Positions 1 through 13,764 of a stretch of DNA of 64,000 nucleotides are shown piece by piece. How positions within the stretch are numbered: the first letter of the stretch is position 1; each line of letters opens with the position of its first letter. The DNA comes from the human T2T-CHM13v2.0 reference genome, Homo sapiens, in assembly GCF_009914755.1 (NCBI RefSeq), contig NC_060936.1. The stretch is one strand, 5' to 3'. Below the pieces are notes generated by a model. The model saw only the letters and a program-made list of their open reading frames with translations, searched no databases and was not told the DNA's origin. The translations under genes and the position numbers were made by a program.

Positions 1-1234
1 GAAATATCTGTTCCCCCAACAAATGTGGGATGCCCACTAAGTGGTAGGCAACAGGCAAGATGCCAGAGATGAAATAATGGCTAGGATCCTTGCCCTCAAG
101 GTTACACCCTAGGGTGGGGGGACTGGGTGTTAGCAGTGGTTGACATTCAACCGGACACTTGTGATGGACCAATAACTATACAAAGGACTTCAGACACATC
201 ATCTCATTACACCCTCACCATAATCTCATGAGTTGGTATCTCCCAGTGATCTCCATTTTACTAATGAGGAAACTGGTAAGTGGTAGGCTCAAACGTTAAA
301 ATCCCAAAATGCTTGATTTCAGAACCTGAGCTCTCAACCAGTATGTGATATGCTCAGGCAGGGGCACTGACTTCAAAGTGCCCTGAGTACCTGGAAGAGA
401 GACTGCCAACTCCTGAAGCCCTGACTCCTTAGCCAGAGAATCTAGACAAGAAAACAAAGAAATATGACCAGGGAGCTCACTCTTCCACAAATAGGTCCTA
501 GTCTCATTAAACTGTCCCTACCAGGCCTAAGCCTACTCCTACCATTGCTTTATATCACGCTGGATCTGCCAGGGCAACACAGGCTCTTCAGAGGGCCTAG
601 AGATGAACTGCCAACACTTTCTGAAGCCCAGGACCCACTTGTGCCTGCTGAATCCTCTGGGTAAGGACAGGCCTGCCTCTCTGCCTGTGCTACAGTCATT
701 CAGAAGATTTGAGCCATTCTCCAATAACAAGAACATCTGGAGAACAAGAGACAGGTGGGCACCCAACTCCAGCTACACAACTTATGGTCTGTGTGTGACC
801 TTGAATGAGTTACACAGCCAGTCCTCAGCTGCCCCATCTGCAAAATGGTACTACTAAATGATACCTGCCTCAGAGGGTGGCTGGGAGAACAGAAATCATG
901 GCTATAAAGCATTTAATAGCATGGCTGACCCATAGTGAACAGTAATTATGAATACTGTAAGTATACTTCCCTGCTATGAACCAAACTCCACCCCCCAACA
1001 AGTAACCAAGAGTTATAAAAGGGTTCAAACTTAGGCTGTCAGAGAACCAAACACAACTGGTTCCTCAATGCAAAATAATTTATTTACTGGCCACCCCAAA
1101 GATACAGACAGAGTGGCCACATTCTATGGCAAATCTAACACTGTTCTGGCCATGTTCTGAGTCTCAAGTCAATGGAACATTTATTGGGCACCTACTATGT
1201 ACTAGGCTAAATAGTGGAGTGGTTAATAGTGTTC

Positions 1235-1440
1235 CAGGAGTTAGACAACAGTTTGGATCCTAGCCCAGCCACTAACTAGCTATATCACCGCTCAGTTACT
1301 TAGCCTCTCACTTTTCTCATCTGTCAAAGAGGGCTGATAATAGTACTTACCTCTTGGGGTTGTTGTGAGAGTCAGCAGATGATGCATTTTCAAATGCTTT
1401 GCATAGTGCCTGGCACGTAATAAGTGCACCATAAATATGA
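1235..1440 (+). mobile_element. MIR (decayed)
   Basis: MIR core-like text (TTTTCTCATCTGTCAAA...AGTACTTACCTC...GTGCCTGGCACGTAATAAGTGC). Confidence 0.6.
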
Positions 1441-1490
1441 CACATTAAATTATAGTTTGATTACACTACTAAATTAAAAGAAAAGTGGTC

Positions 1491-1815
<325 letters not shown>

Positions 1816-2515
1816 TCACTATTTCAATTATTTTAGAGCCATGAGGATTCTTAAAAGTCTGGATGGAGCCCTCTTCTCATTGTGTGGGTGGGAAAACTGA
1901 GCCCCAAAGAAGAAAGTGATCTATATACATAGCTGTGATGGAGAAGGGGTGAGAAGCAAAAAGAAGGGACTAAGTGAGGGGCAGGGAGAAGCACAGAGAA
2001 TTAACCTGGATTCAAGACCTTCCCTATTTTGGCCTCAACTTCCAACCCACCCTCTCTCACAATTTCCTACATGTGACTCTGCCATTGGCAGGGTAGCCAC
2101 CTCCTCTCTCTCAAACATGCTCAAAATAGTGCCCCTGCCACGGTGTTCATCACAGTCCTTCTCTCAACATTTATCGATCACCAGCTAGATGGCTGGCACT
2201 ACCCTGGCCACCGGGATACAGGCGAAATTCCACACCCTCCCTCTTCTGAACTTTCACAGGAGTTACCCTCAACTGACACCTCCTTATGCGCTGCACAAGT
2301 GATTCGTGTCTTTTGCTCCTTCATACCCTCCCACAAAGCCTACACAGAGCCATGCAACTGTCAGACTTTAATAAATATTATGATTGACTAGTAAGTAGGA
2401 GGATGAAAGAGAAGAAACAGAGGCTAGTCATTATACTCCAGCAGTATGTCTATTTTTTAAGAATGGTTTGACATTCAGGATAGGCAAAGCAGCACTGCCT
2501 ACTTAATTCCCTTAG

Positions 2516-2886
<371 letters not shown>

Positions 2887-3397
2887 GTGCTCTGCCAGTC
2901 TTAAGAGGAAATTCCTGGTCCTGCACACTCAACAAAAGCAGAGAGCAACTTGGCAGGACAGACAGCATGCTGGGAAAAGGAGGCAGTGGCTCCGGGATCA
3001 GAAGTGGCGGGATTTTTTGTTTCAGTCTTGCAACCAACTTTCATTGAGCAATGACATAGTGGAGGGCGAATAAGATCAAAGGGGCTGTACTTGGTATGGA
3101 AAAACCACAGAAGGGTGGAAGCTAAGCACCTTCGCCTTGAGAGTTGGGTCCATCCATACCTGAAATGGACCCCTGTGGACCCTTGACGAACAGGGCAGTG
3201 GCCTAGACATTCTCGTGTGTCTGTCACTCACCAGCTGGGGACTTTGTCAACTCATTCCTCTGTCTAAACCTCAATGTTCTGCTCTGGGAAATGAAATCAA
3301 AACTGTTAGTCCTCCCTCCCAGGGTAGTTATAAGAATTAGATAATATGTGAGTGAGTAAGCATTCTAAACACCATATAAATGTGGCTAGAAGTATTA

Positions 3398-3768
<371 letters not shown>

Positions 3769-4079
3769 TCAAAGGCCCACCTGGGCAGGCTGGTCCAATA
3801 CAGGACAAGGGACCTAAAGATAGATGGTATTTCATTTGGACCTGCAAATGAGTAAGAATGCCAGCTCCGGGTCTATTAAAAACCCCGCTCGGATGTCTCC
3901 CACAGGCAGAGCTGAGGTGGGGCCTTGCCTGAGGCTTCCAGGGATGCGCTGGCTTCCCTTCCAACCTCCTTTTCAGACAGCTCTGCCCATTCAGCGGTTC
4001 CTAATGCAGAAAGAATGGGCTCCCCGGAGCCTGCCGGCTTCCTTACAGGTCACCGCTAATGCCCTGTGACAGGCCCTTG

Positions 4080-5530
4080 GCCCACCCTGCCAGGCGGGCC
4101 TGGGCATCCTCGCGGCGGCCCATCCCTCGGGGCCGATTCCTCCGCAGCCATTAACAAAGGGGGTCTGGGGACTGCCTCGGAACTAGGGGGCCGCATGGAG
4201 TGGGATGTCTAGGCCAGGGCCCGCCAAGGAGGAGCGGCCGGCTCCCGCCTCCGGGCCTGGGCAGGCAGCGCTAGGGGCCGGTCGGGAAGCACGAAGGAGC
4301 CCGGCCGTGGGTCCGGAGGCCGCAGTCGATGGGGACAGTTGCGGGGCCGGGGGTACCCACCTTCTGCTCGACGCCCTGCAAGCCCTGGCCCAGCTCCTCC
4401 CTCTGCCGGGAGAAGTCCTGGTGGCTGCGCCGGACCTGCTGGACCTCCTCCAGGACGTGGTGGACGCACCAGCCCGAGAAAGCGGCCGCCGCCACCAGGG
4501 CGAGGTAGAAGAGAAAGTTGAGCGCCCTGCCGAGCCTGCGCGAGCAGGACGCCGAGGACGAGGCGGCGGCGGCGGCAGCGGCGGCGGAGGCGGAGGAGGA
4601 GGAGGAGGACTTGCCGCCGCCGCCGCCGCCGCCGCGGTGGCCGCCCTTGCCGTGCGCCTGGTTCTGCGGGTGCTGCTGCGGGTGCTGCTGCGGGTGCGGC
4701 GCGGGCGGCGGCGGCTGCTGCGGCGCCGGCGGCGGCTTCTTCGCCACGTCATCCGCGCCGCCCGACGGGTGGGCACCCTTCTCCGAGGGGCTCGCGGCGC
4801 CGTGGCCGCCCTTGGAGCCCCTTTGTTTGGCCGAGGGCATGGCGGGCGCGGCGGCGGCTCGGGCCGCGGGCTGGGAGGCGAGCGAGCGCGGCGCGCGGCC
4901 CGGGAAACTTGCAGGGGCTCCCCCGGGACTGGGCGAGCGGCACGCGGGCGCTGCTGGCGTCGGAGCGGCGAGAGGACGCGCGGCCGGGGAAGGAGGCCGG
5001 GCCGAGGAGGCGGGAGGAGGGGGCCTGCCTCCGCCGCCGCGGCGCCGACCCCGCCTCCCGGTAAGGGAGGCCGAGCGAGCCGAGCCGGGAGAGCTTGCCA
5101 CGCACGCCGGCCCGGCGGCCCCTCCTCCCCGCCGCCACGACCCCGGAGAGGGAGGGCCGGGCGGGGTCTACGGGGGCCGGGAAGCCGGCGCGGGGGTGGC
5201 TGGGCGCGGGGCGGGGTCCCGGCGGGGTCTGCGGAGGCCGGGGTGGGCACCGAGGTGGCCGCGAGGGGAGGGGAGAAGAGCGGAGCGGAGGGGAGGGGAC
5301 GCGGCCGAGGTGGGGCTGGCGGCCCGGCGGGTTCCACGCAGGCTGGGGGCGGAGGGCCAGATCGACCCCAGCCGGGGCGGCCGAGCAGGGTCCACGGGGG
5401 TCGGGGATGGGCGGCCAGGCGGGGTCGGAGGGACGAAAGCCGGGGTGAACCTGCGCCGCGGGCCAAGCGCGACCCCCTCCCTTCCCGACCTGTGCGGAGA
5501 GGAGAGAAATGAAGGGGGGCGCCCAAGGAG
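4080..5530. promoter_or_regulatory. CKAP4: CpG island / promoter and 5'UTR of CKAP4
   Basis: Very high GC and CpG density with multiple GC boxes (GGGGCGG), spanning the ATG at 4840. Confidence 0.92.
4361..4840 (-). CDS. CKAP4: CKAP4 (cytoskeleton-associated protein 4 / CLIMP-63) coding exon 1, 160 codons: cytoplasmic tail, palmitoylation Cys, TM helix, start of luminal coiled coil
   Basis: Translation MPSAKQRGSKGGHGAASPSEK...SASCSRRLGRALNFLFYLALVAAAAFSGWCVHH...GVEQK is recognisably CKAP4. ATG is in a good Kozak context (GCCCGCCATG). The exon ends at a phase-0 donor AAG|GTGGGT at 4361/4360. Confidence 0.97.
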
Positions 5531-5594
5531 CCCTGGCCCCGGGAGTGGGAGTCAGCGGGTGGGAACAGATCGCCCTTCCTTTCCGCTGGGAATT

Positions 5595-5607
5595 GGGGGA
5601 ATCCCCC
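5595..5607. promoter_or_regulatory. NF-kB-type site GGGGGAATCCCCC
   Basis: Near-palindromic match to GGGRNWYYCC just upstream of the CKAP4 CpG island. Motif only. Confidence 0.4.
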
Positions 5608-7602
5608 TGCTTTCACTCTCCCAGCCCGCCATGGGGTTGGGCCTTGTCCTTTGCCTTGGGTTTGAAGGCGGAGACAAAAAAGGCTGTCCAAAATCCAGCC
5701 AGCTTGGGAGGCATGGTTGATGCGAGTTAGCAAAGATTCTCGACTGTGGTAAGTCTGTTCAAGGGGACGCATTCACCAAGTGTCCCCGTTAGCCAAGTTA
5801 GCCTGCTGTGGCCAGCTCTTTACTTTTTCCCCCCGAAGCCCCTTCAGCTCTGTTTTCTCTTTCGGGGTCATGAAGTTTGTCCACGGCCCCTACTCCTGAC
5901 AGCCTCTGGGATGGGTGCTGCGGAGGCAGCAGCAGCCACACAGAAAGAGGCAGATCAGCGTTGTCACCCCTACTTTTGTAAAAGGAAATCTGGTATTGCC
6001 AGGCTGTGTGGTTAGCGACTCACATATGTTCTCGAAATCTCACAAAAGCCCTGTGAGGTAGAAATTATTTTACCCATTTTATAGGAAGGAAATTGAGACT
6101 GAGCGAGCCGGCTTCGGATTGGCTCAAGGTCACATATAGTCATCATTCGAACCTCACTCAGTCTGCTTCTTTCTGAAGTCTGTGCAGCTTAATCACTTCA
6201 GAATGGGAAGGAAACGGGGGCCCAGGGAAGTTAAGCAACTTGCCCACTCACTCAGTCTAATTGGTGCCGGGGCAGGGACAGAACTCACTCAATTCCACTG
6301 CTTTCCCCAGTTTCTGGTGAGTGATGTGTGCCTGGCACTGTGTGCACCTGGCACTGTGTGTAGTAGGAATGCTGTTTCTTCTGTCTGTAACCTCCTCCCA
6401 GTTCTGTAAACAAAGACAAAACCATGCCCTGCCCTTAAAGCCTATAGGGTTCAAATGCCACCTCTTTGATGATGCTTTCCCTATAACACCATTTGATACC
6501 TCTCATGGGACTTAGCAAGTAATTGCAACGAGAGGCATATATGTTAGTTCAATATAGCAAACCTTTGTTGAGGGCCCACTGTGTGCCAGGTATGTCTCCC
6601 CTCCCTGAGGACTGGAAGCAACCATAGTTTATATTTCTCCTTCTTTCTCGCTTTATAAGGTGTTGCTAAAAGCCTCCAGTGAATGAATGAACACTTGTGT
6701 GCCTGCCCTCAAGGAGCCTGCACTACACTTGGAGATATATACAGAAACCTGTTGAGGGCTAACTTAGGTAAATTGGGAACATAAATGTAAAGAGATTTGG
6801 AAAGCAAACCATTGGCCTGTACATGGGCAGGCTTTGGGGGCAGAAAGACCTTGAGCAGTGCCTTGAAGAATGATTTGCATATGAGGAGAGCAGGGAGGAT
6901 ATTTCTGTGGCGGAAATGGGGTGAGCCCAGGACACCTGTTGGCCATGAGGGTGTGTTCTACATGTAGAGAAGAAAGAGATGAACTGGGTGGAGCGGGTCC
7001 AGATTGCAGAAGGCTATAGAAGCCAAGCTGGCAGATAGAAGAATCGCTATTAGTGTGGGAGGACAGAGTAAATTATAGCAGGTTCTGGACTAGAAATACA
7101 ACCATCTGCCCCAGACAGAGAGGAACACCCTACTTCAGCTAAATACCAGGAGCTATTGTAGGAGCCTCTAGGTTCAACAGGGCACAGGTCTCTGACCTGT
7201 GGCGCGGGGAGACAGCAGAAGAAATCAGAAGACACTCATCACAGGAACCTTGTTTAAAAACTATTCAGCTGAGTTCGGGTTGTGTTGTTAAAATCTCTAG
7301 CGCGCAAAAAGAGGTTATCCCCCTTCAAGCAGTTCTCCATGTTAGGGGCAGAGGCAGTGATAACTGGTAAAGCAGCTTGCTGCCAAGATCTGGCCTTGAA
7401 AGCAAGAGCCCTACTCCTTTAGTGCTACCAAAGTGTGTGACCTTGAGAAGTATCCCTAAACTCCTCTAGATTTCAGGGTCACCCTTTCTGTAAGGTGCAT
7501 CTTTAAGGACCTGTCTTATTATTAATCCGTTTCTTAGAGAAATAGTCATCTGATCCTTATCAAAAATAATTAAATGATATTTAAATTTTTAAAAATTGAT
7601 CC

Positions 7603-7875
7603 AGGCCAAGTACAGTGCCTCACACCTGTAATCCCAACGCTATGGGAGGCCAAGGCAGGAAGATCACTTGAGGCCAGGAGTTCAAGACCAGCCTAGATAA
7701 CAGCAAGACCCTGACTCCACCAAAAAAAATTTAGCTGGATGTGGTGGCACTCAGGAGGCTGAGACAGGAGGATCGCTTGAGCCTGGGAGTTCAAGGTTAT
7801 AGTGAGCTATGATGGCACCACTGTACTCCAGCCTGGGCAACAGAGCAAGACCCTGTCTCAGGAAAAAAAAAAAAG
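7603..7875 (+). mobile_element. Alu (AluJ-like) with a short internal deletion
   Basis: Alu body; the right arm jumps GGTGGCAC->TCAGGAGG. Confidence 0.88.
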
Positions 7876-8154
7876 CAGACTGTAGGCCAGATATGAGAAT
7901 GGACGGTTTCTCAATTTTTACCTCTACTGAGCACTGAATGAATGAATAGAGAGTAGGACGATGGGACTGTTAATATTTTCAGCATTTCCCTCTCATTCTT
8001 TTCCTCTGGGAGATAGTACATACAATGGTTAAGACACAGGCTATAGAATAGACTGACTTGGGTTCAAATTCAGCTCCATGACTGACTTTGGAGTGTGACC
8101 TCTCTGAACCTCAGTATCTTCAGCTATAAGACAGGAGTAATTGCTACCTCACTA

Positions 8155-8422
8155 GGCCAGGTGTGGTGGCTCACACCTATAATCCCAGTACTTGGGGAGG
8201 CCGAGGCAGATGGACTGCTTGAGCCCAAGAGTTCAAAACAAGCCTGGGCAACAAGGCAAAACCCTGTCCCTACAAAAAATACAAAAAAAAATTATCCAGG
8301 CATGGTGGAGTGTGACTGTAGTCCCAGCTACTTGGGGAGCTGAGGTGAGAGGATCACTTGGGCCTGGAAAGTCAAGGCTGCAGTGAGCCCTGTTCACCAT
8401 TGCACTCCACCCAAAAAAAAAG
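8155..8422 (+). mobile_element. Alu (AluJ-like), 3' end shortened
   Basis: Alu body ending TGCACTCCACCC then polyA. Confidence 0.88.
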
Positions 8423-9387
8423 AACAACCTTGCTGTTATGCGGATTAGACAAGAGACACCATATGATACTGGGCATATGGCAATGCTCAGTGAATATTGG
8501 ACAGCTAATACAATTTGCAGAGTCACTGAGGAAAAGTATAGCTTCAGAGAGCTTCTGTGTCCAGATTTCAACGATTTTCTTTCATCATTATTTCGTGGGG
8601 CTCCCAGGACCATATGTGGCTCACAAACCACAGGCTAGGATGTGTTTAACGTTAAAAGCAAGCAGTGTGTTTCTCTGAAGTGTGGCTCCACCATGGTGTT
8701 CGGTTACACCCAGAGGAGGAGGCTGGTGGGCAGTCATAGAAGTGCATCTTCCAGAGCAGGAAGGGATCAACAGCTCTTCCTGGAGACTTCCATTCTCCTA
8801 CCCCAGTTTCTGAGCACAGCATGAATCTAGAGGAGTTTCTCTTCTGCTTTTCCTCCTGGTTTTGTTTCCTCTATCCCTTTTCCTTGCTAAAGTGTGTTGG
8901 ATGGTCAGGAATGTGGGCGGAGAAGAGGGGGAGCTGGAGACATCTCATCCTTTCATCCAGCTTGTGTAAAAATGCCTCAGAACTCCCTCATACCACATGC
9001 ACCATAAATTATAAGGTCAAGCTTTGTAAGCCTGCAGCCCTCTTGGCTTTTTGCATGTTGGTTAGAATGCCTAAATAGAAAGCCTCTGTTAATGTTGATT
9101 GCCTCTTGTCTGTTCCAGGTTGGCAAGGCCCCCAGTGGCCAAGGCATGAGCCTGGATGCCCTGCAAATTGAGTACGTGTTAGGGATGGGGGCCATTCTTT
9201 ATAGTTTGACTCTGGAGAGCTAGGACCACCTTTCCCAGCCTCAGGGGTGCACATCCTCAGGAGCTGCCTACCTCCAGATATTGTAAGTCCATGCAGAAGA
9301 GGAAGGGCCCAGCTGGGGCACCTCTTGGTTGAGGAATGAGTATGTGACATTTTCATGTGGGCACATTTTGATACTACTTTAAAAATA

Positions 9388-9810
<423 letters not shown>

Positions 9811-10134
9811 TCAGTAGCATCCCTGCCCTTCTAATGTGAACTTGAGGGATGGGTAAGACCCAGAGATGGCATGGGGGACGGGATAAGGAAGGCCTACTGT
9901 TCATATTGTGAACATGAAATGGTTTTACATTTTGATGCCACTTCATTAAATTGACTGTATGATATGAGCTAACGCTACACCCTCCTTTAAATTTTGGCTA
10001 ACACATCCATATCCTCAGGTGGTATCAGTTGATAATGCCCATGAAAATATTTTGTAAACTACAGGGTGCTAAACAATTATTTACTTGTATCCCTTTCTGT
10101 GGGGCACAGTTTGATGCTATACACAAAGCAGTGA

Positions 10135-10512
<378 letters not shown>

Positions 10513-12230
10513 TAATAAAATAATATTAAAATTAATAGCAAACTTTTGTTGGGTCTTGCTTATGTGTGGTCATTGTACTAAGCACTCTGCATATATTTTT
10601 TATTTTTTATTTCCATAGGTTTTTGGGTAACAGGTGGTGTTTGGTTATCACTAAGTTCTTTAGTGGTGATTTCTGAGATTGTGGTGCACCCATTATATCT
10701 TTTAAACTTCACAACAACCCTATGAAGGACTTACTCTTCTCCACGTTTTACAGATGATAAAACAGAAGAGAAGCATAGAACAGTTAAGAAACCTGTCCTA
10801 GTTCCTGCAGCTATTAAGTGATAGAACCAGGATTTGAACCCAGGTGGACTGACCAGAGCCCGTGCTGTTAGGCACCATTTAGCTGCTTACAATCCTAGCA
10901 GGCCCAGCCAGTGCTGAAATGGGTAAATAGTGATCACTGGGTGGCTAAGGATGGAGAAAGCTTCGCACCCAGAGTTGGAATGGAAATCAGACAGCTCAGT
11001 CCGAGGTGCCTTAACAGTCACTGAAGCTCATTCATTTTCAAGTTAATGAGTTCGAATTTCACTCACCAACCAAAACTTCACTGGCCAGAGGGATCTGGGG
11101 CCTCCTCCAGCTGGCATGAGTGATGTTAAATTTGGTGGTCTGGAAGGTGAGTGGCCTCCAGTGTTCTCTCTGGAGGAAGGGAAGCCTTCCTGTGCACAAG
11201 TTTCACTCCTGTAGAAAAGAGGGACCTTGTTTAGTTTGAGTGGGAGCCATCAGTATAACCCTTGATGGTCAATGGTAAAGCCCTTGCAGCTGAGAGGTTG
11301 GTTGGAACCCGGGTCTAAGGAAGCCAAGACCAGAGTTTCTGTGAACTTGGCTTTGTTATAGGGTTATATTCTGTAGAATCAGGGAGAGCTAGTTCAAATC
11401 TTGGTTCTTGCCACTTACGTGACCTTGAGCAAAATACTTCACCTTAGTGAGTCCCAGTTGTTATGGAAGATAACCATAGTACCTACTTTACAGGCATAAT
11501 ATGAGCATAAAATTGATTTTCTCCTCCACATCTGCTCACAGTCTTCCACATCCCAGCACATGCCAGTTCCATCTGTTCAGCTGCTCAGGAATCATCCTTG
11601 TCTTGTCTCTTTGTCTCACTCCTGTTCCATATTCAGTGCAATATATTAGCAAATCCTGCTGGCTTTATCTCCAAAATATATCTAGCATCTCCCATTTCTC
11701 ATGACCTCCACAGCTATTCCATTGATTCCAGCCACCAGCAGCTCACGCTTGCGTTACTGAAATAAGCTAAAGACTGGCCTCTCTGCTTAAGTACTTGTGG
11801 CCCTGTCTTGTGTTTTCAGCACAAAAGCCAGAGTGACTCCATTAGAATATAAGTCAGATCATGTTACACCTCTTTCCAAAACCCTCTGATGACTTTCCAA
11901 GTCAGTGAGAGTAAAGGCCAGAGTTTTTACAATGACCTGGTCCCCATGTTCTGCCCCCTGCTGTGTCTCTGATCTCATCCACTGTTAGTCCCCGCTTTCA
12001 TCTAGCCACACTAGCCTCCTTTTTGCTCCTCACATGCCAGGCATGTTGCTACCTGGGGGCCTTTATAATTTTGTTCCTGGCCTTTGCCCCATCAGGTATC
12101 CACATGGGGCCTCCTTCCCTTCCTCAATTCAAATGTCACCTCTAGATGAGCCTTCTTTAACCATCCCAAATAAAAATGACAACTGCCCAACCCTAGAAAC
12201 TTCTTTCCCTGCTTTATTTTTCTCTCCAGT

Positions 12231-12316
12231 ATTAATTTTACTTTGACGTACGACATAGTTCCTTGTAGTATGTCAAATTCTACAAGGAACTATGTAGTAT
12301 GTCAAAAAAAATTAAT
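12231..12316. repeat. Inverted repeat, ~38-bp arms, 11-nt loop
   Basis: 12231-12268 is the reverse complement of 12280-12316 with a few mismatches and one indel; the core ACATAGTTCCTTGTAG/CTACAAGGAACTATGT is perfect. Confidence 0.9.
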
Positions 12317-12336
12317 GTCAATCCTTGTAGTATTGT

Positions 12337-12425
12337 AAATTCTCACTTGTGGAATTAGGTTAATGAGAAGAGACAGAGGATATGTCTGTCACTTCTCATT
12401 AACCTAATTCCACAAGTGAGAATTT
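12337..12425. repeat. Inverted repeat, 41-bp arms with 1 mismatch, 7-nt loop
   Basis: AAATTCTCACTTGTGGAATTAGGTTAATGAGAAGAGACAGA-ggatatg-TCTGTCACTTCTCATTAACCTAATTCCACAAGTGAGAATTT. Confidence 0.95.
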
Positions 12426-12606
12426 TATTTAGCTTACCCCTATATCCTTTGTGCCCAGAAAAATGTCTGATGTATAGTAGGAGCCCAATAAATGTTATGA
12501 ATATCACATCATAAAAGTCTAGGTAGGGCCTTCTTTTTCATAAGACAACCACAAGGAAGAAGACTGGAAGCAAGGAACCCAGTGAGGAATGACCTGTGAG
12601 AGCTTC

Positions 12607-12775
12607 GATATGATGATGATGAGGAGGATGATGGTGGTGATTATTATGGAAATGGTGATGGTGATGATGACAATGGTGATAGTGGGGATGGTTGTGCTGA
12701 TGACAATGGCAATATGAGAAGGATGATGGGATGGCAAGGACGATGATGATGAAGACAATGATTACTACAATGACA
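12607..12775. repeat. Degenerate (GAT/GGT)n low-complexity tract
   Basis: Read directly. Confidence 0.85.
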
Positions 12776-13692
12776 GTGAGAATTTGATCACTAACACCGT
12801 TCAGCTCCAGGGGAGCTGCAATGACACATGCCTTTGTGGTCTTTAACATTTACTGATCATTACTGTATGCCAAACACTATGCCAGGAGCTTTACACACGT
12901 TACCTCCTTTCATCCTCAGCGAATCTTTGATGTAGGCACCACAGTAGTATTGATCCAGTTTGCTGATGAGGGTGGACAGCTTATCCAAGGTGACCCAGCT
13001 TGAGAATGGTAGGGGACAGAGTAGAATCCAGGCAGCTAATGCTAAAGGCCATACTCTCAACTAGCATACGAACAGATAAGAGATAAGAACAGAAGGCCTA
13101 GTATGATGAAGTGACTAAGCCAATATCATTCAGCCTTCAGATAAAATCCACATTCTTACTAAGCATCATGAATCTCAAACTGTGAAGGGGAAGGCAGGGC
13201 CGTATCTCAACCTGACACTGGTATTTCACCTCTGCAACTGTTCCCTCTCACCACGCTGTTGACGGACATGCATCATCCCTTAGGTGTGCTATAGGCAGAA
13301 AAAAAATTACGAGGAACACTGCCTTAACATGACATTGAAAAAAAAACCCTTCCTCAATCCTTCTCTCTCTAGCCTCATTTCTCCCCTAGTCCCTTCCTAT
13401 TATACATTTAGCCAGACTGAGCTTTCGTGCTCTTGCCCTAATTTGCCATATTCTCTTAGGAACTCAGCTTCTTTGACCCTTTTCCTACCTTCACCCCCAA
13501 CCTGGATAAGGTGTCCCTTCCTGGTATATCCCCAGCTCCCAGATGGGTCATGACACTTACCACAATGTATTTTAATTGCCTGTTTACTTGCTGTCATCCA
13601 CACTAGAACTTGCAGAGCAGTGACTGATCTGTTCCTTTTTTATCCCAACACTTTGCCTAGATTGTTGACTAGATGTATTGCATAGGCACTCA

Positions 13693-13763
13693 TGATGGAT
13701 GGATGGATGGATGGATGTGGATGGATGGATGGATGGATGGATGGATGGATGGATGGATGGATT
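13693..13763. repeat. (TGGA)n microsatellite, copy 1
   Basis: Read directly. Confidence 0.95.
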
Positions 13764-13764
13764 A

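Larger units (their letters stand above)
11500..12500 (+). mobile_element. L2 remnant (3' part)
   Basis: L2-like text (AAGTCAGATCATGTTAC, CTAGCCACACTAGCCTCC) ending ...TAGTAGGAGCCCAATAAATGTTATGAAT. Boundaries approximate. Confidence 0.6.

Noticed and set aside
4271-5101. 276-aa ORF taken as the full CKAP4 product, with an 87-aa N-terminal extension and a VGTPGP... C-terminus
   Set aside because: It starts at a GTG and reads through the splice donor at 4360. The authentic start is the Kozak ATG at 4840, and nothing supports the extension.
4183-5772. Long overlapping ORFs of 529, 435 and 400 aa across the CKAP4 CpG island
   Set aside because: Stop codons are scarce in extremely GC-rich DNA. 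The translations are low-complexity Arg/Pro/Gly/Ala shadows of CKAP4 exon 1 with no recognisable domain.
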